From assembly GCA_049509875.1 (NCBI GenBank), contig JBEKZM010000008.1:42125-106124 (forward strand): 64,000 nt of DNA. The letters are read 5' to 3'. Under the pieces are notes generated by a model. It worked only from the letters and a program-made list of their open reading frames with translations, was not told the origin of the DNA and searched no databases. The stretch is from Verrucomicrobiota bacterium (GTDB lineage Bacteria; Verrucomicrobiota; Verrucomicrobiia; Limisphaerales; UBA11358). A program made the translations under genes and the position numbers. This document shows positions 17,462 through 27,324 of the stretch, in pieces (position 1 is the stretch's first letter; every line of letters starts with the position of its first letter).

Positions 17462-18316
17462 TCATTTCACTCTGAAATGAACCGCCAGCACCCCCGCGGC
17501 GGCCAAGAGACAATAAAATCCGAAAAACTTCCAGCGTCCGCCTTCCAGCCAGTGCGAAAGCAATTTCAAGGCCGCCAGGCCCGCGATGAAACTCAATACC
17601 ATCCCCGCCAGTCCGGGCATGAAGAGGTGAAGCATCGAGCCACCGCTCAAAGCGTGCGTCTTCAACAGACGACGTCCTTCCTGCCCGATGGCCAGGGGCG
17701 TCAACACCACCGCCAGGGCGAAGCTGAACTCCTCCAGCTTCTGCTTCGGCAATCCCAGAATCAGTCCCGTGGAAATCGTGGCGCCCGAGCGCGAAAAACC
17801 GCGGAAAGGGATGCACAATCCCTGAACCAAACCGATCCAGAAGGAATGCTGCGGTTGAATTTCCGCATGGCGGGGCTGCTCCTTTTCGTTCAGGCCGGCG
17901 TAAACGATCAGAATTCCCACCGCCGCCAGCGCGCCGGCCATCAGCGGCAGGTTTGAAAACAACTCCTCGATTTCCGCGTGTGCCTGGCCGCGCATGAAGA
18001 CTTTCTCGATGAGCACCTTGAGGCCAAGGCCGACTACACTGGTGCAGACCGTCGCGCCGACCACCTGAATCACAAACCACTGCGCCTGGCCCGCTGAAAC
18101 AAAAAAGTCGCGCCGCCACCGGTTCCAGAAATAGACAATCACGGCGAACATCGTCCCCGTGTGCAGCATGACCAGCAGCATGGTCATCTCGGGGCTGGAC
18201 GGATCGAGGCCCATCAGTTTCTCGGCCACAATGACGTGGGCGGAACTGGAGACCGGCAGCAGTTCGCAAGCGCCCTGCACTAGCGCGAGGATGAAAATGT
18301 GAAAATAATTCAGCAT
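17462..18316 (-). CDS. uppP: Undecaprenyl-diphosphatase
   Basis: 284-aa membrane protein beginning MLNYFHIFILALVQGACELLPVSSSAHVIV, the BacA/UppP signature. Confidence 0.9.
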   Translation of the reverse strand: MLNYFHIFILALVQGACELLPVSSSAHVIVAEKLMGLDPSSPEMTMLLVMLHTGTMFAVIVYFWNRWRRDFFVSAGQAQWFVIQVVGATVCTSVVGLGLKVLIEKVFMRGQAHAEIEELFSNLPLMAGALAAVGILIVYAGLNEKEQPRHAEIQPQHSFWIGLVQGLCIPFRGFSRSGATISTGLILGLPKQKLEEFSFALAVVLTPLAIGQEGRRLLKTHALSGGSMLHLFMPGLAGMVLSFIAGLAALKLLSHWLEGGRWKFFGFYCLLAAAGVLAVHFRVK

Positions 18317-18537
18317 GACGCGCGGAGTCTGCCCGAACGGCCTCCAAATCTCAACCCCGTCCGCAAATCTGTGATTGGTGCGCTGCCGGTTTCAACCAAC
18401 ACGGCGCCTTGGTTTCTCCCTTGGCATCCTTGGAAACCCTCCGAATCAACACATTTTTGCACTTCGGCCCGCCCGGTAATTTGACAAGACCGCAAACGAG
18501 CGCAACTTTCTGGCTGACTCCAAAATAGGAGAGGACC

Positions 18538-18907
18538 ATGCCCAATAAACTTAAAGCCTCGCGGGACGTTATCGCTCGAACCGGGAACTGGTCGGAAGCG
18601 CTGAAGTTCTATGAGTCGGTTCTCGGTCTGCCAATTGCAAATCCAGCCGCACGTGCAGGTGGCGGATCTGATGGGACGATTGATAATCGATTATACGGCC
18701 CCTCCCTCGGCGACCTGGCGCAGGATCTCGCCCACACTTAAACATTTGCCCAACGTAGCTCGGTCCGACCTCCCAACGTTGGGCTGTGGGCCGCTAGGTT
18801 TGCCTTCGTTCCGGAGGAGCAGAGGCCCTTTCCAAGACTTTGGTGGCAATGGCGAAAGTCTCTTTTTGGAGATACCCAGGCTGAAACGCATTTGCGGCCA
18901 GACCTAA
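18538..18907 (+). pseudogene. Possible frameshifted VOC (glyoxalase/bleomycin-resistance fold) gene remnant
   Basis: A good RBS (aggagagg) sits before the ATG at 18538. The N-terminus SEALKFYESVLGLPI is VOC-like, but that frame stops at 18741. A second frame (18611-18907) continues with VADLMGRLIIDY...FQDFGGNGESLFLEI, vaguely like a VOC C-terminus. It overlaps the 3' end of the opposite-strand ORF 18794-19267. Weak call. Confidence 0.3.
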
Positions 18908-19267
18908 TATGGAAACCACCTCAAAAACCCACGGCGGCGGGCCGGGCCAGTGCCAGCCTGGCCAGGGAGTCCCACATTCATCGAGTGCGTCAGCAATCGC
19001 GGCGTCGATGCCCGTAAGCAGGCTTGATTTCGCGCTTCCCTCTCCCTCCGGAAGCTTCAGCGCGACCTCCTTCAAGCTAAGCTGGCTCAGCAAAACGCTG
19101 GCTGTCTTCCAAGGAGAAGGCAGCGGCCTCCTCTCGATGAAATCGTGTGGCGGTTGGGGACCAGTCACGTATTTCAGTAAACCAGCCAATTCTGGAGTAT
19201 CCAGTATAGCTTGCACCAACTGACCCCAAAACACTGACCCGGGCCCAAACGAATTTATATTGCTCAT
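18794..19267 (-). CDS. Hypothetical protein (157 aa)
   Basis: ORF only, in an AT-richer islet. No motif recognised. Divergent from 19383-19952 across an AT-rich 115-bp spacer. Confidence 0.4.
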   Translation of the reverse strand: MSNINSFGPGSVFWGQLVQAILDTPELAGLLKYVTGPQPPHDFIERRPLPSPWKTASVLLSQLSLKEVALKLPEGEGSAKSSLLTGIDAAIADALDECGTPWPGWHWPGPPPWVFEVVSILGLAANAFQPGYLQKETFAIATKVLERASAPPERRQT

Positions 19268-19382
19268 ATTTGTTTCCTTTGTTAGTTTTGTTCGCCGTCA
19301 TGGCGAACAGAAATATCTTTCATGAGGTAAACGAAAGAATCTGGCGGTTTTGCAAGGAATCTTCAACAAGAGACATAACTAA

Positions 19383-19952
19383 TTGGTAACCAACGTAATA
19401 AACCTTACTCTCTCAAGCCTGAAGTCTATTTCCACTCTCAGAACATCTCCCTTGGATTGGGCGACAATCGTCGGGCTTTTCCTGCTGGCGACCAGCGCTT
19501 CAGTCGAAGCGGACCTGCGGATCGAGAAGGCATATTGTGGTGCGAAGAATTCCTGGTGTGATGTCACCGCATTTTTGCAGGGCAAAGTCAGAGGCGACAA
19601 ATTGTCCGTGGAAATCTCGCAGCCGTGTCAGAAAATTGGCGGAGACCCGGCGCCCGGCGAGGGTAAGAACCTGATCATTGATTACCGGCTGAATGGCAAC
19701 TCCTTTCGACTGTCGCTCAAAGAACAATATCCCGTGGCTTTTACCATTGAACTGCCCTCCTCCCAAGCGGTGGCGCCTGGAACTGACACCGCAGCCACCG
19801 CGATGATGCGCGATGCCAAATCGCACCTGCGCGGCGGGCGCTCGTTGCTTTCCTACCTTGGTTGGGGCATTACGCTCCTTTCAATTGTCTGGGCCGTGCT
19901 GGCCACGGTTCAATTGCAAAAGCTGAAAAAGCAACTTGGTCAAAGGACCTGA
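19383..19952 (+). CDS. Hypothetical exported/anchored protein
   Basis: Hydrophobic N-terminal segment (IVGLFLLATSASVEA), a beta-rich core (RIEKAYCGAKNSWCDVTAFLQGKV...GGDPAPGEGKNLIIDYRLNG) and a C-terminal TM helix (LLSYLGWGITLLSIVWAVLATV). Opens with TTG; an alternative TTG lies at 19452. Confidence 0.55.
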   Translation: MVTNVINLTLSSLKSISTLRTSPLDWATIVGLFLLATSASVEADLRIEKAYCGAKNSWCDVTAFLQGKVRGDKLSVEISQPCQKIGGDPAPGEGKNLIIDYRLNGNSFRLSLKEQYPVAFTIELPSSQAVAPGTDTAATAMMRDAKSHLRGGRSLLSYLGWGITLLSIVWAVLATVQLQKLKKQLGQRT

Positions 19953-19994
19953 AACGATGGCGCGGCCGGCAGAATTGCGAAGCCGGCACGCCCG

Positions 19995-20921
19995 TCACAT
20001 GGCGTAACAGCCGGCCCCTTGCGCGGCGGGATCCAGATCAAATTCCACCACCGCGGTTTTTTCGTCCGACCGCCGCCGGACTTGAACGGCCACGCGGCCT
20101 TGCGCGCAGCCGGCCGGGGGACGAACCGCCAGCATCATCATCAACGCTCCCGCACCTTCCACCCATTGCGTTTCAGGAACGGGTGTGCCTACGGAACCGG
20201 CCGCCAGCGTTCTCGCGTTGGTCGCGTCATATAATACAGCCTGCCATTCCGGAGCCAGCCCCGAAACGTCGAAGGCATAAGCGTCACGCAGGCCCCGTTC
20301 GCCGACCAAAAAAACGGCCAGATTGGGGCGCCCGGGATAAATTCTCAGGGCCCGGGCCAGATGGCGTTCCACGGCTCTGGCGCCGATAAAGACGTTGATG
20401 TTTCCCGCCCAGTGAGGCTGCTCGCGTCCGACGAGATCCCACAAATCGGGCGCCAGCGCCGGTTCCGTGCCGGCCGCGCTCTTGTTATTTGGGCGCGCGG
20501 CATCACGGCCGCGCAGCAAATCCAGCATCGTCGTCAGGCCGGTGGCCGGTCGGGAGGGCTCGTCGGGAGCGGCATTCACCGCGGTCAGGAGGGTCGTCGG
20601 CGGGAGGCGGTCAAAACTGCCCAAGGCGGGCGGGCGCAGCCGGGGCACTTCCCGGCTCAGCTCCAGCGACTCGCCGGGTTCCAGTGCCGGCACCGGTAAT
20701 ACGGCCAGGGGCCGCCAGGGAACAAACGCTCCCAGCGGCGCGGATTCAAGCCGCAGGAAAGTTGGCCGCGAACGACCGTCGCCCTCGTTGTGAATTTTAA
20801 CCCGGATCATCACGGATCCGGCGGCCAAATCGTGAAATGAAATATCCGCCGGTTCGACGACCAGGTCGGCTTCGCCTTCGGAACGGATCTCGAGATCCGG
20901 TTTTTGCTCCAGGACAATCAT
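19995..20921 (-). CDS. Hypothetical protein, N-terminal CARDB-like beta-sandwich (by eye)
   Basis: The track ORF (to 21428) is trimmed to the ATG at 20921-20919 (MIVLEQKPDLEIRSEG...), because the upstream part overlaps the oxidoreductase gene. The pattern VMIRVKIHNEGDG...LPVPALEPGESLEL resembles CARDB. Confidence 0.6.
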   Translation of the reverse strand: MIVLEQKPDLEIRSEGEADLVVEPADISFHDLAAGSVMIRVKIHNEGDGRSRPTFLRLESAPLGAFVPWRPLAVLPVPALEPGESLELSREVPRLRPPALGSFDRLPPTTLLTAVNAAPDEPSRPATGLTTMLDLLRGRDAARPNNKSAAGTEPALAPDLWDLVGREQPHWAGNINVFIGARAVERHLARALRIYPGRPNLAVFLVGERGLRDAYAFDVSGLAPEWQAVLYDATNARTLAAGSVGTPVPETQWVEGAGALMMMLAVRPPAGCAQGRVAVQVRRRSDEKTAVVEFDLDPAAQGAGCYAM

Positions 20922-21061
20922 GCCATCACCTTTCTTTTTCGCGAAAGTCACGAGGTGAAACAGCTTCGCGCATTCTGCGCAAAACCAGCCGTGCCTCCTC
21001 TGCCACTTCGCAACAGGCGACTCTACACCACATTTGTCGAACGCGCTAAAAAACTTTGGCG

Positions 21062-22075
21062 TCAGCCAACGGCGATGACCACTTTCCCAAAATGCGCGCC
21101 GCTTTCCAGGTAGCGATAGGCCGCGGGCGCTTCGGCAAAAGCGAAGGTACGGTCGATGACGGGTTTCAGCTTGTGCTGCGAAATGGCGCGGTTCATCGCC
21201 GTGAACATGTCGCGGTTGCCCACGAAAATGCCGCGGATCACCAGGGACTTGCCCAGAATATCCCGCAACTCGACGTCGCTCGTAAACCCGCTCAAGCCGC
21301 CAATCACGCTGACCGTTCCGCCCAGGGCCGCCGCGCGCAGTGATTTCGGAAATGTATCTTTCCCGCCGACCTCCACCACCTGGTCGGCGCCCGCCTTGTC
21401 CGTCAGGCGAAACACCTCCGTTTCCCAATCCGGGAGCGCGCGATAATTGATGGTTGCATCCGCCCCCAGCGATTTGGCCCGGGCCAGCTTCGCGTCGCTG
21501 CTGGAAGTGATGATCACGCGCGCGCCATGCATTTTCGCGAACTGCAGCGCAAAGAGGGAGACGCCACCGCTGCCCAGCAGCAGCACCGTTTGCCCAGCGG
21601 AAACCTGGCCGCTGGTCACGAGCGCGTGCCAGGCGGTGACCGCGGCACAGGGCAGCGTGGCCGCCTCCATAAAATCCAGGTGCGGCGGAATCTCCACCAC
21701 GCCGTCGGCTGAAAGCGCGACGTACTCGGTCAGCAGGCCGTTGATGGCACCGCCGAGGGTGCTGTCGAACGCCTCCCGCCGGACCGGGCCGGTCTGCCAG
21801 TTCTGAAAAAAAGTGCCGGCCACGCGGTCGCCCGGACTCCAGCGCGTCACGCCGTCGCCCACCGCCGCGATTTCGCCGGCGCCGTCCGACAGGGGAATCA
21901 AAGGCAGCGGCACGCCTCCGCCGTAACGGCCGCTCGCCACCATCAGGTCCCGGTAATTTAGCGACGCGGCGCGCACCCGCACCAGCACCTGGCCCGGTGC
22001 GGGTTTGGGTTCAGCCAGTTCGGCCAGTTTTAATCCATCAACGCCGGTGGGCGCAGTTAATTGCCAGGCTTTCAT
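21062..22075 (-). CDS. MDR-family NAD(P)H:quinone oxidoreductase / zinc-type alcohol dehydrogenase-like protein
   Basis: MKAWQL...GQVLVRVRAASLNYRDL...GQTVLLLGSGGVSLFALQFAK. Start trimmed to the ATG at 22075. Confidence 0.85.
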   Translation of the reverse strand: MKAWQLTAPTGVDGLKLAELAEPKPAPGQVLVRVRAASLNYRDLMVASGRYGGGVPLPLIPLSDGAGEIAAVGDGVTRWSPGDRVAGTFFQNWQTGPVRREAFDSTLGGAINGLLTEYVALSADGVVEIPPHLDFMEAATLPCAAVTAWHALVTSGQVSAGQTVLLLGSGGVSLFALQFAKMHGARVIITSSSDAKLARAKSLGADATINYRALPDWETEVFRLTDKAGADQVVEVGGKDTFPKSLRAAALGGTVSVIGGLSGFTSDVELRDILGKSLVIRGIFVGNRDMFTAMNRAISQHKLKPVIDRTFAFAEAPAAYRYLESGAHFGKVVIAVG

Positions 22076-22079
22076 TTTT

Positions 22080-23477
22080 TTAAATTTCCGGGTGATTCCA
22101 GGATCTCCGGTACGGGCGCCGCAAGAGCGTCGTGGCTTCCGGATCGCCCACGACCACGCGCTGCGCCGGGTCATAACTCAGAGTTCGTCCGACTTTCATG
22201 GACAAATTGGCCAGGATGCAGCTGGCCGTGGATATGTGTCCCTGCTCGATGTCGGCAACCGGATGGGTTCGCTTTTCGATGGCGGCAAGGAAATCGAGCA
22301 TGTGCCGGCGCGTGGCCGGGGCGGCGTTCAGCTCGATGTTGCCTTCGGTCAAGTCCTCCGGGTACTGCTCGCGCTCATAGACACAGTCGAGGTGGATCGG
22401 TTTGGAGTTCCCATCCGCGGGGACGAAATCCGCGCGCATCGTGCTGATTTTCAACGTGCCTTTGTCCCCGTGAATAAACAGCGCCCACGGATAATCCGGG
22501 TCGGGCGCCGTTCCCCAGGTGCGGTGCTGCCAGACGGCGCTGAAGCCATCGAATTCGAAGATGGCGGTCTGCGTGTCCGCGATGTTTGACTTGCCGGCCT
22601 TTTGCACGTAAATGCCGCCCGAGGAACTGATGAGTTTGGGCCAGCCCAAATTTAGCATCCAGCGCGCGCCGTCAAACATGTGAACACACATGTCGCCGAT
22701 AATGCCGTTGCCGTATTCCATGAACCCGCGCCACCAACCGCGGTGCGGCAGGCCATCATAAGGTCGCAGCGGCGCCGGGCCCGTCCACATTTCATAGTCC
22801 AGAAAATCAGGCACGGGCTGCGCTGGCGCGGTATCATTCAACCGCATTCCGTAATAGCAGCACATTTCCACCAGCCCAATGTTGCCCAGCAGGCCGGCGT
22901 CCACGATTTGCCTCCGGGCGGCGATCCAGTGTGGCGTGCTCCGGCGTTGCGTGCCCACCTGCACCACCCGGCCGAGCTTCCGGGCCGTCGCCAGCATCGC
23001 CTCGCCCTCCATGACATCGGCGCTGATCGGCTTCTGGCAATACACATCCGCCCCCGCCTCCATGGCGGCAATGGCCGTCAGCGCGTGCCAGTGATCGGGT
23101 GTGCCAATCAACACGATGTCGAGATCCTTCTCCTTCAGCATCTGGCGGTAATCACTGTAGCCGCGCGGTTTCTTGCCTGACTTCTGCCGCTGCGCGGCCA
23201 ATTCCACTGCGCCCGCGAGTTGGTGCTGGTCCACGTCGCATATCGAGACCACCTCGACGGGCGCCACTTGCAACAGCCGCCACAGATCGCTTTTCCCATA
23301 CCAGCCCGCGCCGATCAACCCGACACGCTTGGGCTTGCCTTCCACGAGATCCAGCGCGTCGACGCCGAGCGACGGAAAGGCCGCCAACGCCGCCAGGGCC
23401 GAACCGCTCTTCAGAAATCGCCGGCGGTTGATGTTGAAATTGGCTCCCGAGATCGTGGCTCCGTGGATGGATTTCAT
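22080..23477 (-). CDS. Gfo/Idh/MocA-family oxidoreductase with twin-arginine signal
   Basis: NINRRRFLKSGSALAALAAFP (Tat signal), then a Rossmann motif VGLIGAGWYG and the dehydrogenase core IGTPDHWH. Start trimmed to the ATG at 23477. Confidence 0.85.
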   Translation of the reverse strand: MKSIHGATISGANFNINRRRFLKSGSALAALAAFPSLGVDALDLVEGKPKRVGLIGAGWYGKSDLWRLLQVAPVEVVSICDVDQHQLAGAVELAAQRQKSGKKPRGYSDYRQMLKEKDLDIVLIGTPDHWHALTAIAAMEAGADVYCQKPISADVMEGEAMLATARKLGRVVQVGTQRRSTPHWIAARRQIVDAGLLGNIGLVEMCCYYGMRLNDTAPAQPVPDFLDYEMWTGPAPLRPYDGLPHRGWWRGFMEYGNGIIGDMCVHMFDGARWMLNLGWPKLISSSGGIYVQKAGKSNIADTQTAIFEFDGFSAVWQHRTWGTAPDPDYPWALFIHGDKGTLKISTMRADFVPADGNSKPIHLDCVYEREQYPEDLTEGNIELNAAPATRRHMLDFLAAIEKRTHPVADIEQGHISTASCILANLSMKVGRTLSYDPAQRVVVGDPEATTLLRRPYRRSWNHPEI

Positions 23478-23681
23478 GGACGCAGTATCTTCCGCCACGA
23501 TCGGGAACGCAATCTCCCCATGAACGCCGGGGATCAATGCGCCGTGTGTTCGGAAAGAATCTCCTCCCCGGGGAATCAAGGAGTGCTAATCTGGCGCAGT
23601 GTGACATCGCCCGCGCCATCGCGGCTCACACGGAAAAACGCGACCGGGCCTGAATTCGCTTATAAAACGGCCTTCCGCGCC

Positions 23682-23708
23682 ATGCCAGTGAGCCAGGCTC
23701 ACTGGCAT
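23682..23708. promoter_or_regulatory. Perfect 11-bp inverted repeat (candidate operator or hairpin) in a divergent intergenic region
   Basis: ATGCCAGTGAG-ccagg-CTCACTGGCAT, between the minus-strand oxidoreductase (start 23477) and the plus-strand gene starting at 23816. Confidence 0.3.
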
Positions 23709-23815
23709 TGGGGCTGCTCGGGTGGAGTGCGCCGCGCGACTCGGCTTGCCCAAGAATCGAGTCGAGGAGGTCCCGGCCTGATTTTTTTGGCGATCACGAT
23801 AACGAAAGGAAACCT

Positions 23816-24421
23816 ATGTTTAAATACATTCGAGCCCTGGGTGTTGCCGGGCTCACAACCCTTAGTTCAAGCCAGCTCGCATCAGCCGGGAGCCAGAGCG
23901 TCCTCTGGTCGCCAGACAAAGACAACAACGAGGTGATCGTGGCCGGGATTCCGGAGGCGGCGCGGGCCATCAGCCGGGTGAATCATCTTCATCCCACCGT
24001 GCGATTCACCAGCCACGGCATGGGCGGGACGGCGCTGGTCCCACTTTGGCCATACGATTCAGGCGGCCGATGTTCGCCCGATTTCGACCCCGCACCTTTC
24101 CGCACGGAGAGAGGCCGGGAACTCTGGGCCAACTTCGAGTTTGTCAACATCCAGTCGGACGACCAAGACCTGATTGCGCTAGCCATCAAGGCCGACAAGC
24201 CCGGCTGCAAAGACCGATTCCGTGCCGAGCACGATATTGGAAAAGGCCGGACCGGAAATAAATCATCCATGAGCGCGATGCTGGCCACGCCGGCCGACGG
24301 GGATTATGGCTACTATTTTGTGGATCGGGGGATCCTGCAGGTCGGCGAGATTTTGGAGGGGAACCCGGGCGCTGCGGTTCGGATCACGATTTCAAACCAC
24401 ACGCCGGGTCGCCAAGTCTGA
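23816..24421 (+). CDS. Hypothetical secreted protein (201 aa)
   Basis: Trimmed to the ATG at 23816 (MFKYIRALGVAGLTTLSSSQLASA, signal-peptide-like), which is preceded by aaaggaaacc. No family recognised. Confidence 0.6.
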   Translation: MFKYIRALGVAGLTTLSSSQLASAGSQSVLWSPDKDNNEVIVAGIPEAARAISRVNHLHPTVRFTSHGMGGTALVPLWPYDSGGRCSPDFDPAPFRTERGRELWANFEFVNIQSDDQDLIALAIKADKPGCKDRFRAEHDIGKGRTGNKSSMSAMLATPADGDYGYYFVDRGILQVGEILEGNPGAAVRITISNHTPGRQV

Positions 24422-24552
24422 CCGTTGCCTGGGAAGGGGACCTCGGGCTGCAAACCACGCGCAGAAATTCAAGAGTTCGAGCGATCGTCATGCGTTCGGC
24501 CGTAAGCGGGGCTGATCGTGCCACCATCCGGAATGCTTGGATAACATAGGAA

Positions 24553-25476
24553 TCACTCAGGAATCATGCCGATTGTTTTGAGCCATTTTTGCACCAATTG
24601 AGGCCATCCGGTAATCGGAAAGTTTGATGGCCGCAGCCCAAAGCCATGCCCGCCTTGCGCATACAAGTGCATCTCCACCGGGACTCCGGCCTGCTTCAAT
24701 CCAAGGTAAAAAACCAGCGACTGTTCGACGCCATCCACATGGTCATCCTCCGCCTGCAGCTAAAACGTGGGCGGCGTATTGGTGGTAACTGGAATATTCG
24801 GATTCAACTTGAGTCCTTCATCGTCGCTCCACAGATGTCCCGGATAACATGCGATCGCAAAATCCGGGCGACAGCTTTCTTTGTCCGCCGCATCTATCGT
24901 CGGATACGAACGCTTGTCAAAATGCGTGCTCATCGCCGCCACCATATGTCCGCCTGCCGAAAAGCCGATCACGCCAATCTTGCGCGGATCGATCTGCCAC
25001 TGAGCGGCGTGATAGCGCACCAGCCCCACCGTCCTCTGCGCATCTTCCAACGCCGGCGGTCCTTCCCCGTACGGCCCCACCTTCTTGAGTGGCACGCGGT
25101 ATTTCAACAGCACGGCCGTGATGCCCTTGGACGTCAGCCAATCACAAACCTCCGTGCCTTCCAGATCGATGGCCAGACAATTGTAACCTCCGCCGGGAAA
25201 CACGACCGCCGCAACTCTGGTGTTTTTCCCTTTTGGCGAATAGACCGTCATCGTCGGCAGTGAGACGTTACGCACCGCAATCCATGACCCGCCGTTTGGC
25301 GAAAACTCTTTCGTGATATTCTCCGGGCCGGGAACGGTCTGGGCCTGCGCATCCGGCGCCGCTCCCGGCCATATAGGCATTTGCGTATGTCCCGGCGACG
25401 GCTGCCACACAGGGGTCTGCGCGCCCAAACGGCCACACGCAAACATAACCCAGAGTGAAAAGATCAATGCCTTCAT
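24553..25476 (-). pseudogene. Alpha/beta-hydrolase (esterase, secreted) interrupted by one in-frame TAG
   Basis: Track ORFs 24760-25476 and 24553-24738 are the same frame. Read-through gives ...NTPPTF*LQAEDDHVDGVEQSLVFYLGLKQAGVPVEMHLYAQGGHGFGL. Nucleophile motif GFSAGGH. The stop is TAG (cta on the plus strand at 24760-24762). Confidence 0.8.
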
Positions 25477-25482
25477 CAGTCG

Positions 25483-27324
25483 TCAGTCGTCATTCAACTG
25501 GTTTCCCGTCTTCTCCCATTCCGCGGTGGCTTCGGCCAGGCGGTCATGCACGTGCATGAGTTCGCGATTGATCTGCGCCGCCCGGCCGCCCGCGTAGGTT
25601 TCCGGGTTTTCCAGTTGGGCGGTCAGTTCTTTCTGCTGCGCCTCGAGCTCGCCGATTTCCTTTTCCAGGGCCGTCAGGCGTTTTTGGATATCCTGCTTCT
25701 TCCGCGAGCGGGCCTGGCGCTCCTGCGCTTCCTGACGGCGCTGTTCTTTGCGGTCCGGGGCCGGTGCGCCGTCTTTTTCCGCGGCGCGTCCGGCCGGGCC
25801 GCTGAAGCTCGAGCTGGTCAGCGCGGCCCGCGCGGTTTGCAACGTCTTGTCCAAATAATATTGATATCCGCCCGGGAAATGGCGGAGCCGGCCGGCCTCC
25901 ACGCGGACCACGTGAGTCGCCAGCGCCCGGATGAAATGCACATCGTGGCTGATAAAAATGAGCGTGCCCTCATACGGCGTCAGCGCCTCCAGCAGCGCGT
26001 CCACGCTGGCCAGATCCAGGTGGGTCGTGGGCTCATCCATCAGCAGCAGATTCGGCGGGTCCAGCAGCAGTTTCACCAGCGCCAGCCGGCTCTTTTCGCC
26101 GCCGCTCAATACGCTGACCGGCTTGAAGACATCGTCCCCCCGGAAGAGGAAGCTGCCCAGGACGTTGCGGACCGCCTGCTCGGTGACGCGCTGCGGCGTG
26201 TCCAGCGCCTCCTGCAGCACGTTGTTTTGGGGATTGAGCATTTGCGCCCGGTGTTGCGCGAAATAGCCGTGCTTGACGTTGTGGCCGAGCTTTCGTTCCC
26301 CGCCCAAGGGTTGCAAAACGTCCGCCAGAAGCTTCAGCAGGGTCGATTTTCCGGCGCCGTTTGGCCCCACCAACACGGTCCGCTGGCCGCGTTCCGCTTC
26401 AAAGTTCAGATCGTCATAGATGAGCTGGCCGTTACCGTAGCCAAAGCGCACCTTCTTCAGCGTGATGACCCGCTGGCCGCTGCGCTGCGGCTGCGGAAAG
26501 CGAAAACCTACGGTCGGTCCGTCGCCGTCCGGCGTTTCCACCATCTCTTCCTTGAGGCGCTCGATTTGCTTCAGCTTGCTTTGGGCCTGGGCAGCCTTGG
26601 TGTTCTTCGCGCGGAAGCGGTCCACAAACAACTGCAGCCGCTCGATTTCACGTTGTTGCGCCTTGGCCGTGGCGACCAGCGTCACCTCCGCGTTGGCGCG
26701 CTGTTCTAGATAAGCGTCGTAATTGCCCGTGTAGCGCAAAATGCGCGCGGTCCGCAACTCCGCGATATGGGTGCAAAGCTGGTTGAGAAATTCGCGATCA
26801 TGGGAAATCAGCAGGATCGCGCCGGGATAATTGCGCAGATAATCCTGAAACCAGAGCAGGGTTTCCAGGTCCAGATGGTTGGTGGGCTCGTCGAGCATCA
26901 GAAGGTCCGGCTCCTGGGCGAGCAGGCGGGCCAGATGCGCCCGCATCACCCAGCCGCCGCTCAACTCCCGCGCGGGCCGCGCGAAATCCGTTTGCTTGAA
27001 CCCGAGGCTGGCGAGGATCTGCTTGGCCTTGGCCACGAACTGGCCGTCGTGCTCATGATCGTGCGGCACGGTCGTGTCGAGGACGGTTTCGTTGCCGGCG
27101 GCCTCACCCTCCTGGGGCAGGTAACCAATGGTGGTGCCGCGGATGCGGGTCACTTCGCCCGCATCCGGTTCCTCGAGGCCAAGAATGATTTTGAGCAGCG
27201 TGGATTTGCCGGCCCCGTTGGGGCCGACAATGGCAACGCGTTCGCCGGCTTGCAGGGTGAGGGAGACGTCGTTGAACAATTCACGTCCGCCAAAAGATTT
27301 GGATAGTCCGGCAACGGTAAGCAT
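25483..27324 (-). CDS. ABC-F family ATPase (two ABC cassettes, no TM domain)
   Basis: Two Walker A motifs (GPNGAGKST twice), signatures LSGGW and LSGGEKSRLAL, and a C-terminal coiled-coil tail. Start trimmed to the ATG at 27324 (MLTVAGLSKSF...). Confidence 0.9.
   Translation of the reverse strand: MLTVAGLSKSFGGRELFNDVSLTLQAGERVAIVGPNGAGKSTLLKIILGLEEPDAGEVTRIRGTTIGYLPQEGEAAGNETVLDTTVPHDHEHDGQFVAKAKQILASLGFKQTDFARPARELSGGWVMRAHLARLLAQEPDLLMLDEPTNHLDLETLLWFQDYLRNYPGAILLISHDREFLNQLCTHIAELRTARILRYTGNYDAYLEQRANAEVTLVATAKAQQREIERLQLFVDRFRAKNTKAAQAQSKLKQIERLKEEMVETPDGDGPTVGFRFPQPQRSGQRVITLKKVRFGYGNGQLIYDDLNFEAERGQRTVLVGPNGAGKSTLLKLLADVLQPLGGERKLGHNVKHGYFAQHRAQMLNPQNNVLQEALDTPQRVTEQAVRNVLGSFLFRGDDVFKPVSVLSGGEKSRLALVKLLLDPPNLLLMDEPTTHLDLASVDALLEALTPYEGTLIFISHDVHFIRALATHVVRVEAGRLRHFPGGYQYYLDKTLQTARAALTSSSFSGPAGRAAEKDGAPAPDRKEQRRQEAQERQARSRKKQDIQKRLTALEKEIGELEAQQKELTAQLENPETYAGGRAAQINRELMHVHDRLAEATAEWEKTGNQLNDD

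Noticed and set aside
20922-21428. Long N-terminal extensions of track ORFs (also 22076-22174, 23478-23579, 27325-27459, 31202-31549, 8323-8367, 14877-15206, 59170-59568)
   Set aside because: Each extension overlaps the neighbouring gene or a repeat and is Arg/Gly/Pro-rich. Each is followed by an internal ATG that matches the canonical N-terminus or signal peptide of the family. The extensions were trimmed in the feature table.
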